Below, piece after piece: positions 17,011-25,485 of a stretch of 46,205 nt of DNA. The stretch is taken from IMG/VR virus record IMGVR_UViG_3300012348_000120; one strand, written 5' to 3'. The DNA is from a virus (lineage: Duplodnaviria > Heunggongvirae > Uroviricota > Caudoviricetes). The notes under the pieces are model-generated. The model saw nothing but the letters and a program-made list of their open reading frames with translations, had not been told where the DNA came from and did no database searches. The position numbers and the translations under genes are program-made. Position 1 is the first letter of the stretch; every line of letters starts with the position of its first letter.

Positions 17011-17765
17011 AGTTTATATATCCCTGATAAGCAAAGTCTTGCTATGTTGTTTTTTCTTCTGAATTTCTGATAATCGTCATGAGTGGATGTGGCCAACCAA
17101 ACACTATCACTTGGAACCGCATCCAATTCTTGACAGACCATCTTTTGTTGATTTTTAAACATATTATGTATGTAGTTAATACCGTAACTATTTATGATTT
17201 TTTCTGCCACATGATGGGCATTGTAGTTGTAATACTTGGCGTTGTAAGTTAAATCATGAAGTCGTTTATCTTCTTTACGAGTGAATATCCATCCTGTTCG
17301 TATGTTTCGGACACCAAATGGTTTACTCAAACTGTAAAACACATATTCAATATTATCTGTCATTGGAATTTGACGAACTTCTGTGCTTCCTACATATGCC
17401 AAATCTAATGCAACTGGCATATGTGTGGGGATATTTACGAAATTTCCATCAATAGAACTTGGACATGACATATATAAAATGTCTCCGTTACCACTCTTTG
17501 GCTGAACCCATTGATAGTCTCCCTTCTCAATATGAATTGATCGGGATTCATTTGCCATCCACCAGTTCAGTCCTTCTGTGATTCCATTGACAGGATACAC
17601 GAAAAACATTGATAGGTCAATGACTGGACTCAACCACTCCTTGATGTTTGTTTTGTAGTGTTCTACACTGTCATAATCAAATTCAAGAGACGAGAGTGTG
17701 TTTCTAACTTCGGGTAGGCAAGGAGTTCTAATCGCGGTTGACAGGCTTAGTATTGAGTCTTTCAA
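17007..17765 (-). CDS. PLP-dependent (fold type I) aminotransferase/decarboxylase-like protein
   Basis: DLAY and FYSLSKPFG (PLP lysine); probable TTG start at 17765 behind a GGAGG SD, overlapping the desaturase 3' end. Confidence 0.65.
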   Translation of the reverse strand: MKDSILSLSTAIRTPCLPEVRNTLSSLEFDYDSVEHYKTNIKEWLSPVIDLSMFFVYPVNGITEGLNWWMANESRSIHIEKGDYQWVQPKSGNGDILYMSCPSSIDGNFVNIPTHMPVALDLAYVGSTEVRQIPMTDNIEYVFYSLSKPFGVRNIRTGWIFTRKEDKRLHDLTYNAKYYNYNAHHVAEKIINSYGINYIHNMFKNQQKMVCQELDAVPSDSVWLATSTHDDYQKFRRKNNIARLCLSGIYKL

Positions 17766-18477
17766 TAAACCATCCTCCCATATCAAACTCCCACCATCTG
17801 TCTTTAAATGACCATTTATTAGGATGAGCATGGTGATTGTTATGCCAGCCTTCTCCCCACATCAAATATCCAAGTGCATAAATGTTTGTGCTGTCGTCAC
17901 TTGTGTTATGATTACGATACCCAATCATATGTGTCAGTGTGTTAATGAAACTTCCTGCATTCCACAAAATAGCTGCTGGAAGCAGATACGCACTCACTAA
18001 CAGCATCGGATCAATAATGAACCATAGCACGAAGATGCCGAGATGAAGCAACATATAATTTTTATGCAGGAAAGTATGAAATTCACTACGCAATAAATGT
18101 GCGGCATACTTTGGCTTTGGTTTGTCAAACATACTTAGCCACTGAACATGAAAGAATCCTTTGTGCTTTGGACTATGGGGGTCACCTTCGCCATCCGTAT
18201 GGTGATGATGCTCTCTGTGTATAGCAACCCATCCAATACTACTTCCAGTCAAGCCATATGTGCCAGCGAGTGTTCCAAAGTATTCAAACCAGAATGGTGG
18301 TTCCCAACTTTTGTGCGAAAGCAACCGATGGTATGTCATGGTCATACCAAAACAACCTGTGATGAAATATACAAAAAACGATATGATCCAATGATACCAT
18401 TCGCCATATATTATCATTGGAATTATACTTAGGTGTGCTATGATTTGAGCAAAAAGAAGTCTATATGGAGTAATCAT
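17728..18477 (-). CDS. Membrane acyl-CoA (delta-9-type) fatty acid desaturase
   Basis: His boxes YHRLLSH, HREHH and HNNHH; GEGWHNNHH motif; hydrophobic segments. Confidence 0.92.
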   Translation of the reverse strand: MITPYRLLFAQIIAHLSIIPMIIYGEWYHWIISFFVYFITGCFGMTMTYHRLLSHKSWEPPFWFEYFGTLAGTYGLTGSSIGWVAIHREHHHHTDGEGDPHSPKHKGFFHVQWLSMFDKPKPKYAAHLLRSEFHTFLHKNYMLLHLGIFVLWFIIDPMLLVSAYLLPAAILWNAGSFINTLTHMIGYRNHNTSDDSTNIYALGYLMWGEGWHNNHHAHPNKWSFKDRWWEFDMGGWFIERLNTKPVNRD

Positions 18478-18532
18478 TTAAAGGTAATTATCTTTCTGAA
18501 TAAAATACAATTCAATACTACCACAAATTGTA

Positions 18533-19462
18533 TTATGTGTCAACGACATTGTTTGAAAATATGGAAAAATACAGTAGGTGTATTCCATCGTGCGGAGAAA
18601 CTTTGTGCTTCCATCCCAGTAGTTTTCTTGTTTTTGAAGTGTCGGATAGAGTAGAACTCGCATATCCTTTTGGTTTCGGTATATAACTTATATTTAGTTC
18701 TGGCTTGTATTGTCGTAATATTTCAACTACTTCATTGATTGAGATATTTTGTTCAGTTCCAACATTGAAAACTTCATTCTTAACTTTGCTTTCAATTGCA
18801 GTATAAAATGCATTCGCAACATCATAAACATGAATGAAATCTCTGCGAAAATTACCGTCACCATGAATAGTCAACGGCAAATTTTCTGCCGCGAGTCTTG
18901 CGAATTTCGCAATCATAAGACCGTTCATATCATCAGATGGTTGTCCATCACCATACACCGTAAACAGTCTCAGTATGGTGTATTCCAGCCCATATAAATT
19001 ACGAAACTGTTTGCAAAGATGCTCACCAAACAGTTTCGTCATAGCGTAATAGTTTAGTGGATTTGGCTTGTGGTATGGCTTATTTGGGGTTGGATGATTT
19101 CCATACACGCTTGAACTACTTGCGTAGACTACTTTTTTTATACTTTTTGCTGCCGCCGCCGCCAAGAGGTTTTGTGTTCCAACTACATTATTCAAAAAGT
19201 ATGCGCTTGGATTTGTGAAACTTTCAGGTATTCTTGCCTTGGCGGCGAGATGGATTATGTAATCTTGGTTTTCACAAGCAGACAAACACTGTGATATGTC
19301 TATGATGTCGCCCTGAATGTATCTCACGAACTGCAAATCATCTGGTTGCGGTTTCAAATCAATAACTGTTACATTGTAACCTTCAAATTGTAGTTTCTTG
19401 ACTACTTCTTTGCCAATGAAACCAGCACCGCCAGTTACTAACACATTTCCATTAAACTTCAT
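18533..19462 (-). CDS. NAD-dependent nucleotide-sugar epimerase/dehydratase
   Basis: VTGGAGFIG, HLAA, YASSSSVYG, YAMTK and RDFIHVYD. Confidence 0.92.
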   Translation of the reverse strand: MKFNGNVLVTGGAGFIGKEVVKKLQFEGYNVTVIDLKPQPDDLQFVRYIQGDIIDISQCLSACENQDYIIHLAAKARIPESFTNPSAYFLNNVVGTQNLLAAAAAKSIKKVVYASSSSVYGNHPTPNKPYHKPNPLNYYAMTKLFGEHLCKQFRNLYGLEYTILRLFTVYGDGQPSDDMNGLMIAKFARLAAENLPLTIHGDGNFRRDFIHVYDVANAFYTAIESKVKNEVFNVGTEQNISINEVVEILRQYKPELNISYIPKPKGYASSTLSDTSKTRKLLGWKHKVSPHDGIHLLYFSIFSNNVVDT

Positions 19463-19483
19463 GGTTCCCCCAAACTGATAATA

Positions 19484-19578
19484 TATTTATCTATCCATAG
19501 ATATGCGTTTTATGCAACTCGAGTCTTCCAAAATGTGGGTTGATATAGGTCAATTTTACTGATATATTCATATAAATA
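19484..19578. promoter_or_regulatory. Divergent pair of late promoter motifs
   Basis: GATAAATA on minus (19484-19491) and TATAAATA on plus (19571-19578). Confidence 0.6.
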
Positions 19579-19635
19579 CTTGTAGATGCCGCAACGCAGC
19601 ATGTATTTTTTACTCACACATATACGGAGACTAAA

Positions 19636-19809
19636 ATGACTAATATGTTTTTTGATACATTTGTAAAAATGTTTTCCAGCAAAAATATGTCACCTCGTAA
19701 CGACCTATTGACTTTGGCAAAAATCGAATACGGAAATGATTGGGAATGGGCCTATGACAAGCTGTTGACCTCAAACGGAAAAATGCCAAGACTTGGAGGA
19801 AAGCTATGA
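19636..19809 (+). CDS. Small hypothetical protein (57 aa; AKIEYGNDWEWAY)
   Basis: Hand-translated; SD GGAGA; the stop overlaps the next ATG (ATGA). Confidence 0.65.
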   Translation: MTNMFFDTFVKMFSSKNMSPRNDLLTLAKIEYGNDWEWAYDKLLTSNGKMPRLGGKL

Positions 19810-19970
19810 TTTCTAAACTAATCCTATGGTTTCATAGAAGATCGGTATACAACCAAACATTTAAAGAACTGGCGTCAATGAGTGACCGAGATTTGTATGA
19901 TCTTGGAATAACAAGAGGCGACATTTCTACTTTGGCATACGAAGCAACATACGGGAAAACACACAAATGA
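19806..19970 (+). CDS. DUF1127 (YjiS-like) small protein, 54 aa
   Basis: RRSVYNQTFKELASMSDRDLYDLGITRGDI matches the DUF1127 pattern R..Y..T..EL..LSDR.L.DIGI.R.DI. Confidence 0.85.
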   Translation: MISKLILWFHRRSVYNQTFKELASMSDRDLYDLGITRGDISTLAYEATYGKTHK

Positions 19971-20140
19971 TTAACTTTTTCAAATCACTATTCACAAAGC
20001 AAGACGAAAAGTCTGTAATAGAAGAATACTTGGCTGACAGTCTAAGTCTAGAAGACTTGGAACGCCGCCAGAGACTTATTGCACGAGGCGAAGCGCCTTG
20101 GCAACTTAGAGCAAATCAAAACGTGAAAGGATGGATATAA
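19967..20140 (+). CDS. DUF3563-like small protein, 57 aa
   Basis: EEYLADSLSLEDLERRQRLIARG resembles the YLA.S.D..DLERR.R pattern; ATGA coupling. Confidence 0.6.
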   Translation: MINFFKSLFTKQDEKSVIEEYLADSLSLEDLERRQRLIARGEAPWQLRANQNVKGWI

Positions 20141-20202
20141 TGCTAGACCCAGATCACACTTATTTTCGAGACAACACCGAAAAGAAAAAAGGAGGGAAGT
20201 AA
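20140..20202 (+). CDS. Putative 20-aa peptide MLDPDHTYFRDNTEKKKGGK
   Basis: TAATG coupling at both ends; its 3' end supplies a GGAGG SD for the next ORF. Confidence 0.4.
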   Translation: MLDPDHTYFRDNTEKKKGGK

Positions 20203-20279
20203 TGTCACACATACCTTATTACGGAGAAGACGAAAACACATCGGCTAAGAAAGCCAAAGAGAAAAAAGCGGGGAACTAA
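20202..20279 (+). CDS. Putative 25-aa peptide MSHIPYYGEDENTSAKKAKEKKAGN
   Basis: GGAGG SD, TAATG coupling, and a stop inside the terminator. Confidence 0.45.
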   Translation: MSHIPYYGEDENTSAKKAKEKKAGN

Positions 20280-20292
20280 CCCCGCTTTTTTT
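20262..20292. terminator. Bidirectional rho-independent terminator
   Basis: AAAAAAGCGGGG-aactaa-CCCCGCTTTTTT between convergent genes. Confidence 0.9.
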
Positions 20293-21127
20293 ATATCTTA
20301 CGAAACATTTTACTTACATCGCCATTGAAGTTGAAACTTCCCATGTGATCTAACTTCACCAGTGGGTCTAACCAAACTTCTCCACCAATGTTCTGCCATC
20401 TTCTGCAAAAGGCATAATCTTCGGACAAGTATCGTTTTGATTCTGGATCGTGCATACAGTCAAAAAACAAGTATGTCCATTTTGCTGCGTCTTCTGGTAG
20501 GTTCAAGTCATTGTTGAAATATAGCTCTGGGTAGGCTTCAATCATCTTCTCAATGACTTCTCGCTTTATAAGCATAAAACCAGTAGCACCGTCCTTCAGT
20601 TTTACCAAACCTTTTTCAATTTTGAGAGTTCTTTTTACTGAACCATCATCTTGCGTTGCCAAATCCCAATCGTAGTTGATTGCATAAGATGCGCCTGTAT
20701 TGCGAAGCTGATCACCTGTAATGCCACTATCTATTGCAGATTTGACGCTATTCCAGTCTATTTCTTTTTTGGGATATGCGCCAACAATAACATCCTTATC
20801 ATGTTGGATCATATGCAAAATATCAATTGGGTCAAACGTAATGTCTGCGTCAATAAACATCATATGAGTTGCGCTTGGGTTTGCCATAAAATAAGCAACC
20901 ATATGGCATCGTGCACGAGGAATCAAAGATTCATTTGCACTCGTTGTCACAGAATATGGAATTCCATATTTTGTGAACAAAATGTTTCCCTTGCTCCAAG
21001 AGCGGAAAAAACCTTCAGTAAGCATCCCTGCATAACAAGGTGTGAAATAATGAACGTGTGTCTGCTTCAGTTTTTCTAAGTCAAACGGTTTTCTGTATTT
21101 TTTTAGTTGTTCTATAATGTCTGTCAT
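20291..21127 (-). CDS. GT-A-fold glycosyltransferase-like protein
   Basis: MMFIDADITF (DxD), GATGFMLIKR, YLSEDYAFCRRW and LDHMG. Confidence 0.75.
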   Translation of the reverse strand: MTDIIEQLKKYRKPFDLEKLKQTHVHYFTPCYAGMLTEGFFRSWSKGNILFTKYGIPYSVTTSANESLIPRARCHMVAYFMANPSATHMMFIDADITFDPIDILHMIQHDKDVIVGAYPKKEIDWNSVKSAIDSGITGDQLRNTGASYAINYDWDLATQDDGSVKRTLKIEKGLVKLKDGATGFMLIKREVIEKMIEAYPELYFNNDLNLPEDAAKWTYLFFDCMHDPESKRYLSEDYAFCRRWQNIGGEVWLDPLVKLDHMGSFNFNGDVSKMFRKI

Positions 21128-21165
21128 TTAATACCTATTAGAATTTCATTTTATAACACAGACGA

Positions 21166-21888
21166 TTAAATGTCAAGTGTTTGGTCGCTTGATTTGATTT
21201 CTCTTGCCGCACGTATCCATTTTTTTGCTTGTGGCTTACGAGGAGGAGTCGCCAAGAATTTGTCAATGTTTAGTTCAACCTTTGCGAACTGCTCTGCTCT
21301 ACTGTCATCTTCAAGACCACCTGAATTGTCAACCACGTGGAAGTCTTTTGCACCAAACAGTTGCTGAAACTTCATGATGTTGTCTTGAACAGCTTTCCAC
21401 ATTTTAGAAACTTCTTTTGCACCAACTGAACGTTCACGCGAAGCATCACGAGCGATAGCAATATCTTCGCTGGTGTTGATAAACAGCATCATAGTATCAT
21501 AGCCAAGTTCTTCCAGCTTTTCTTTTTGTGCACGAACTTTGTCTACGTCCTTACCAGTTCCGTCTATGATAAGTCCAAGACGCCCATCAGTATACATTTT
21601 TTCACGGGATTTCGTAAGTTCCTTTGCATGTTGGCGCAAGTCCTGTCCTTTTGGACTGAAAATATTGTCGGGAGACATTGCCATACCTTCTTTACTCATC
21701 AGGTATTCATACATATCATCCGAGTTCACAACCTTTAAACCAGTTCTAACATGCTTCTGACCTGTCATCTTTCCAGAAACATAACTTTTCCCAGAACCAG
21801 GGCCACCAGCCAAGAAAAGGGCTTTAAAGATATGGGGATCGTCAACCCCTTCTTCTAACTGACGATTTAATACTTCATCAATACGCAT
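21166..21888 (-). CDS. Zeta-toxin-like P-loop kinase (AAA_33 type)
   Basis: FLAGGPGSGKS Walker A, VVNSDD, LIIDGTG and RDASRERSV. Confidence 0.75.
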   Translation of the reverse strand: MRIDEVLNRQLEEGVDDPHIFKALFLAGGPGSGKSYVSGKMTGQKHVRTGLKVVNSDDMYEYLMSKEGMAMSPDNIFSPKGQDLRQHAKELTKSREKMYTDGRLGLIIDGTGKDVDKVRAQKEKLEELGYDTMMLFINTSEDIAIARDASRERSVGAKEVSKMWKAVQDNIMKFQQLFGAKDFHVVDNSGGLEDDSRAEQFAKVELNIDKFLATPPRKPQAKKWIRAAREIKSSDQTLDI

Positions 21889-21910
21889 TTATATTGCTCC
21901 TTGTTTACGG

Positions 21911-21918
21911 TATTTATC
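21911..21918 (-). promoter_or_regulatory. Late promoter motif (GATAAATA)
   Basis: Overlaps the upstream stop, ~25 nt before the kinase ATG. Confidence 0.55.
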
Positions 21919-23635
21919 CGATCTTGACGGAGTTCCACCAAGCAAGAGACGTATCATACACTCGTTGCGTATTCGCAAGTATGCCTGTCATTGTTGGGGA
22001 TATTACCGTTTCGTATTCATTTTTTGCATACGCTTCAAGTTCTTCGTTGCGCTTGCCATCAGCCGTTACATAGGTAAGAAGCCGAGTATGGCCATCCAGT
22101 GTTGACGATATTGAACGTTCTGCGACTGCCAAAGTTTCAATAATTGACTTAGACTGTCCTTTTGCAGAGGTTGAATAGTTTACACCAGATGCATTCATTC
22201 CATCAGTTATTTCTATTCTTAAAGTTTTAAGATCAGTCTTTCGTCTTAGAATTTGGTTCATATATGTAGCAGAATATGTTTTGAACGCTTTACTTTTTAC
22301 CATTGTCGGAGATGATGTGTTGTATGCATAATCGGTTGTTGACATTCCACCCAATGATCCTGCCGACTGAAAGTCAGTCAAAATGTTCTTAACCAAACTG
22401 ATCTGCCCAGTGATTGATTGAATAGTGGAAAATGCTTCTCCAAGTGGAGCCATCAAGGAACTCAACGGCGAAGTCAGGTATGCACTCATAGGTTCATACA
22501 GCATCGCAGATGGAATTGTTGGTGATTGAGGGACACCAGGAGCCGTTAATGTGTTCTGACGTGCCGCAGAAATAGCACTTTTCACTGTTGTTGGATTCGC
22601 ACGTGGGTCAATAGAAGTTGAGATTGCCGATGGAATACTTGGCAACGGAGTAGAAAATTGCTGTAACGCTGAAGTCAACGTCGAGCTTCCAGTTCTCATC
22701 AGAACTGCCATCTGACAAACGTCAAATGATGAAGATGCTATTGCCAACGCTTGTGCCATCTGTGCCAAGTTAGAAATTAATCCAAGAAGTCCTGCAACTT
22801 CATTTGCGATTTGACTTGTAATTGAAGATATGAAACTTGTTGCTTTTGAAACAAGTGATGCAACCGAATTCATTGCACTTGTGAATGGTGCCAACACAGG
22901 GGCCAAAGCCTGACTTATAAGTCCTATGATTCCTGCTGGTCCTGCTGCGATAATTGACAAAATATCATTGATTGGACCCATAAATGGCTTTATAAAGTCT
23001 ATTACTGGTTTTGCCATTCCTTCTAAGAATCCAAATATCCCATCAAACGATCCTGACAATAGACCCATCAATGCATTAAATCTGTTACAAGAACTATCCT
23101 GTTCGCCAAACTGTTGCGACATACTGACAAGACTATTCACGTCCTGAATTGTTTGAACAAGATTTGAAACCTGAGAATCGGTATGAGTTTGAACTTGACC
23201 ATACATTGGATACGCAAGTCCAGATAATGACGACACTGCCATAAACGATGGATCAATCCCAACGCTCACAAAATAATCAAGAATGTCTTGCTGATATGGG
23301 CTTGCGGTTATAGCGGAATACAGGTTTCCAACTAAAATTACTCCTTCATCTGCATCCATAACATTGAATGCATTGATGCCAGATTGTGTAATTGAAGATA
23401 GTGGATTTGTAAATGCCCCATTTGCCAATTCTTGACTAATGGTATTAAGTGCAGCTTGACGATTGTATTGTTCTTGTGCTGCATCCAATCTTGCTCTTTC
23501 CTCTGGACTAAGTTCAGTGAGAGATGCAATATCATAATATTCTGCTGGCGTTTGAGATGTGCCATCAAACGTGTATTTGCCGCCGCCTTTTCTTACAAAT
23601 TCTTGGTATAATCGTTCATATTCAGATTCGCTCAT
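21914..23635 (-). CDS. Probable virion (baseplate/tail-associated) protein, 573 aa
   Basis: Adjacent to the PAAR gene; long Ala/Ser/Gln-rich amphipathic helical region; function inferred from context only. Confidence 0.45.
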   Translation of the reverse strand: MSESEYERLYQEFVRKGGGKYTFDGTSQTPAEYYDIASLTELSPEERARLDAAQEQYNRQAALNTISQELANGAFTNPLSSITQSGINAFNVMDADEGVILVGNLYSAITASPYQQDILDYFVSVGIDPSFMAVSSLSGLAYPMYGQVQTHTDSQVSNLVQTIQDVNSLVSMSQQFGEQDSSCNRFNALMGLLSGSFDGIFGFLEGMAKPVIDFIKPFMGPINDILSIIAAGPAGIIGLISQALAPVLAPFTSAMNSVASLVSKATSFISSITSQIANEVAGLLGLISNLAQMAQALAIASSSFDVCQMAVLMRTGSSTLTSALQQFSTPLPSIPSAISTSIDPRANPTTVKSAISAARQNTLTAPGVPQSPTIPSAMLYEPMSAYLTSPLSSLMAPLGEAFSTIQSITGQISLVKNILTDFQSAGSLGGMSTTDYAYNTSSPTMVKSKAFKTYSATYMNQILRRKTDLKTLRIEITDGMNASGVNYSTSAKGQSKSIIETLAVAERSISSTLDGHTRLLTYVTADGKRNEELEAYAKNEYETVISPTMTGILANTQRVYDTSLAWWNSVKIG

Positions 23636-23636
23636 T

Positions 23637-23930
23637 TTATCCCAACATCACCTTCGCTGAACCAGATACAATAACTACTCCACACGCATGCGCATCCCCA
23701 ACTCTTCCGACCTGTTTTCCTTCAACGAATACTTTTGATGATCCATTAGTCAATACAGTAACATGAGGAATGCAAAAAGGTGGAACACCATGTGGGAACG
23801 TGCTATCGCCCACACGGTAAACCATCTTGTTTTCAACAAGAACCTTTGATGACCCAACACCACATTGCCCTGGCCCGCAGGGAGAGTGTGGAGAAATAGG
23901 ATCAGTGGTTCTTGCTATTTGTCTTGCCAT
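23637..23930 (-). CDS. PAAR-repeat spike-tip protein (gp5.4-like)
   Basis: Repeated GSSKV(L/F)VE(N/G)K-V-RVGD units with His/Cys zinc ligands. Confidence 0.9.
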   Translation of the reverse strand: MARQIARTTDPISPHSPCGPGQCGVGSSKVLVENKMVYRVGDSTFPHGVPPFCIPHVTVLTNGSSKVFVEGKQVGRVGDAHACGVVIVSGSAKVMLG

Positions 23931-24241
23931 TACAAAATAAGTCCTGACGCTTCTGGAACTACAAGTCCAGATGTTGCAGCACTATAAGCGGTCGCAATCT
24001 CACCACGTGCTGATAGAATTGAAACTACTGCTGACAAGCGAATGTTTACTTCGGCATCGCTATTTCCAGTCATAGTGAAAGGTTGGAATGCTGCGCCTTG
24101 TGGACCAATAACCAACGTTAGTGGTTTTTTAATAATGACATTATACATATCCTCTTTTACGTAACGTCCAATAAGTTCTTGGCCATTAATGAGAGATACA
24201 GTAACCGTATCATTTGAATTGTGCTTTTTCTCTGTAAACAT
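23930..24241 (-). CDS. Hypothetical protein, possibly Sm/LSm-like fold
   Basis: VTVSLINGQELIGRY...IIKKPLTL beta-rich pattern. Confidence 0.5.
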   Translation of the reverse strand: MFTEKKHNSNDTVTVSLINGQELIGRYVKEDMYNVIIKKPLTLVIGPQGAAFQPFTMTGNSDAEVNIRLSAVVSILSARGEIATAYSAATSGLVVPEASGLIL

Positions 24242-24243
24242 TT

Positions 24244-24690
24244 TTATCCCTGATTGTTATACTTGATTGCGTCTATGATTTTATATTTATGATGAACTTC
24301 CATTATACTCAGATCATTTTTTATATCTTCGTAAACTTCAACTTCACCACTTGCTCTATTTAATATGTATCCATCTACGTATACAACCAAATAGATATTT
24401 GAATAATATAGATCATGGGCCAGCCACAATTCTACATCCTTATCTTCATCGGCGTAAAATATGGTGAAAAATATTCCCAATCCATTTCCGCTTTTGGTGT
24501 AATAACCATCATTAATATATTGCCACACATCGGACCAAGTTGACATGTCGTCAAAATTAAAACCGTTGGTAAAATACTTTATTGATTCCCACCAATCCGA
24601 AACTTTTTGTAAATTTTCCTTAGTAAATTCTTTTTGTAGTGCTAGTCTTACTTCACGCCATTTGTATAGCATGTCTGCTTTATCTGTCAT
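24244..24690 (-). CDS. Conserved hypothetical protein
   Basis: 148-aa ORF in a tightly packed operon. Confidence 0.6.
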   Translation of the reverse strand: MTDKADMLYKWREVRLALQKEFTKENLQKVSDWWESIKYFTNGFNFDDMSTWSDVWQYINDGYYTKSGNGLGIFFTIFYADEDKDVELWLAHDLYYSNIYLVVYVDGYILNRASGEVEVYEDIKNDLSIMEVHHKYKIIDAIKYNNQG

Positions 24691-25473
24691 TTACATTGAC
24701 CATCTTTTTACTGTATATGTCATTTGAGTTGAAAAATTTGGAAGTTGAGTATATACTATTTGCATATTGTCACCATCATATGCAACATCAAACGATATGT
24801 TTGAAAATTCTTCATGCTGTGGAAAACTGTCACCGTCATCCTGCCAGATTTCTGTATTTTCGTCGGTCAGTTTTCCTTGTAGAATTCCCTGTGGAACTCC
24901 ATTTATAACCTTTATGTTTCCAACGCGAACATAAGTTATGACACCATTGCTTTGCTTCAATGAATAGTCAATGAAAAAAGAAGTGCATACGTTTTTGTCA
25001 TAACTTAGAAATACTCCACTTTCTTCGCTTAGTATTTTTGAATACAAGCTGGAACGAAGACCAGTGGTTTGATCCAGACTTGATAGATGTTGATCAGCAA
25101 ATAGTTGGTTGAAACTGTTCTCTGTGATGATTTCTACGTTTCTTCGTGCTCTTGCATATAGACCAACGTTGAATGATGCAGAAGTTTGCATTGCAAGCAA
25201 AATCGCATTTACGTCAGTGACGTTTCTTATAACTAAGTCTTCGTCAATTACAAGACCAGCTTGTGGACATTGTGGACTATCAAGCCAAGATTGTATCGTA
25301 GCATGCGCATTTGCAAATGGGTCAAACACAATTTCATTAATCGCATCATCGGTTCCGATGAATAACTGATTTGTGTCAGTAGTAAAACCCTGTTCAGCGG
25401 TTTGTAGAGTATCACCTGTGATTTCTGAACGAAGACCACGGCGTATAATAATTATGTCAAAATCGGCCATCAT
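24691..25473 (-). CDS. Virion structural protein (tail fibre/baseplate-type N-terminal motif)
   Basis: IIIRRG...L..AEQGFTTDTNQLFIG resembles the N-terminal motif of phage fibre/hyaluronidase-type proteins; late promoter upstream. Confidence 0.55.
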   Translation of the reverse strand: MMADFDIIIIRRGLRSEITGDTLQTAEQGFTTDTNQLFIGTDDAINEIVFDPFANAHATIQSWLDSPQCPQAGLVIDEDLVIRNVTDVNAILLAMQTSASFNVGLYARARRNVEIITENSFNQLFADQHLSSLDQTTGLRSSLYSKILSEESGVFLSYDKNVCTSFFIDYSLKQSNGVITYVRVGNIKVINGVPQGILQGKLTDENTEIWQDDGDSFPQHEEFSNISFDVAYDGDNMQIVYTQLPNFSTQMTYTVKRWSM

Positions 25474-25485
25474 ATAACTCCTAAG

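Noticed and set aside
20140-20290. Cuckoo/CcsR-type sRNA repeats expected after DUF1127
   Set aside because: No CCTCCTCCC-loop hairpin repeats are visible; the region is better explained by two tiny ORFs and a terminator
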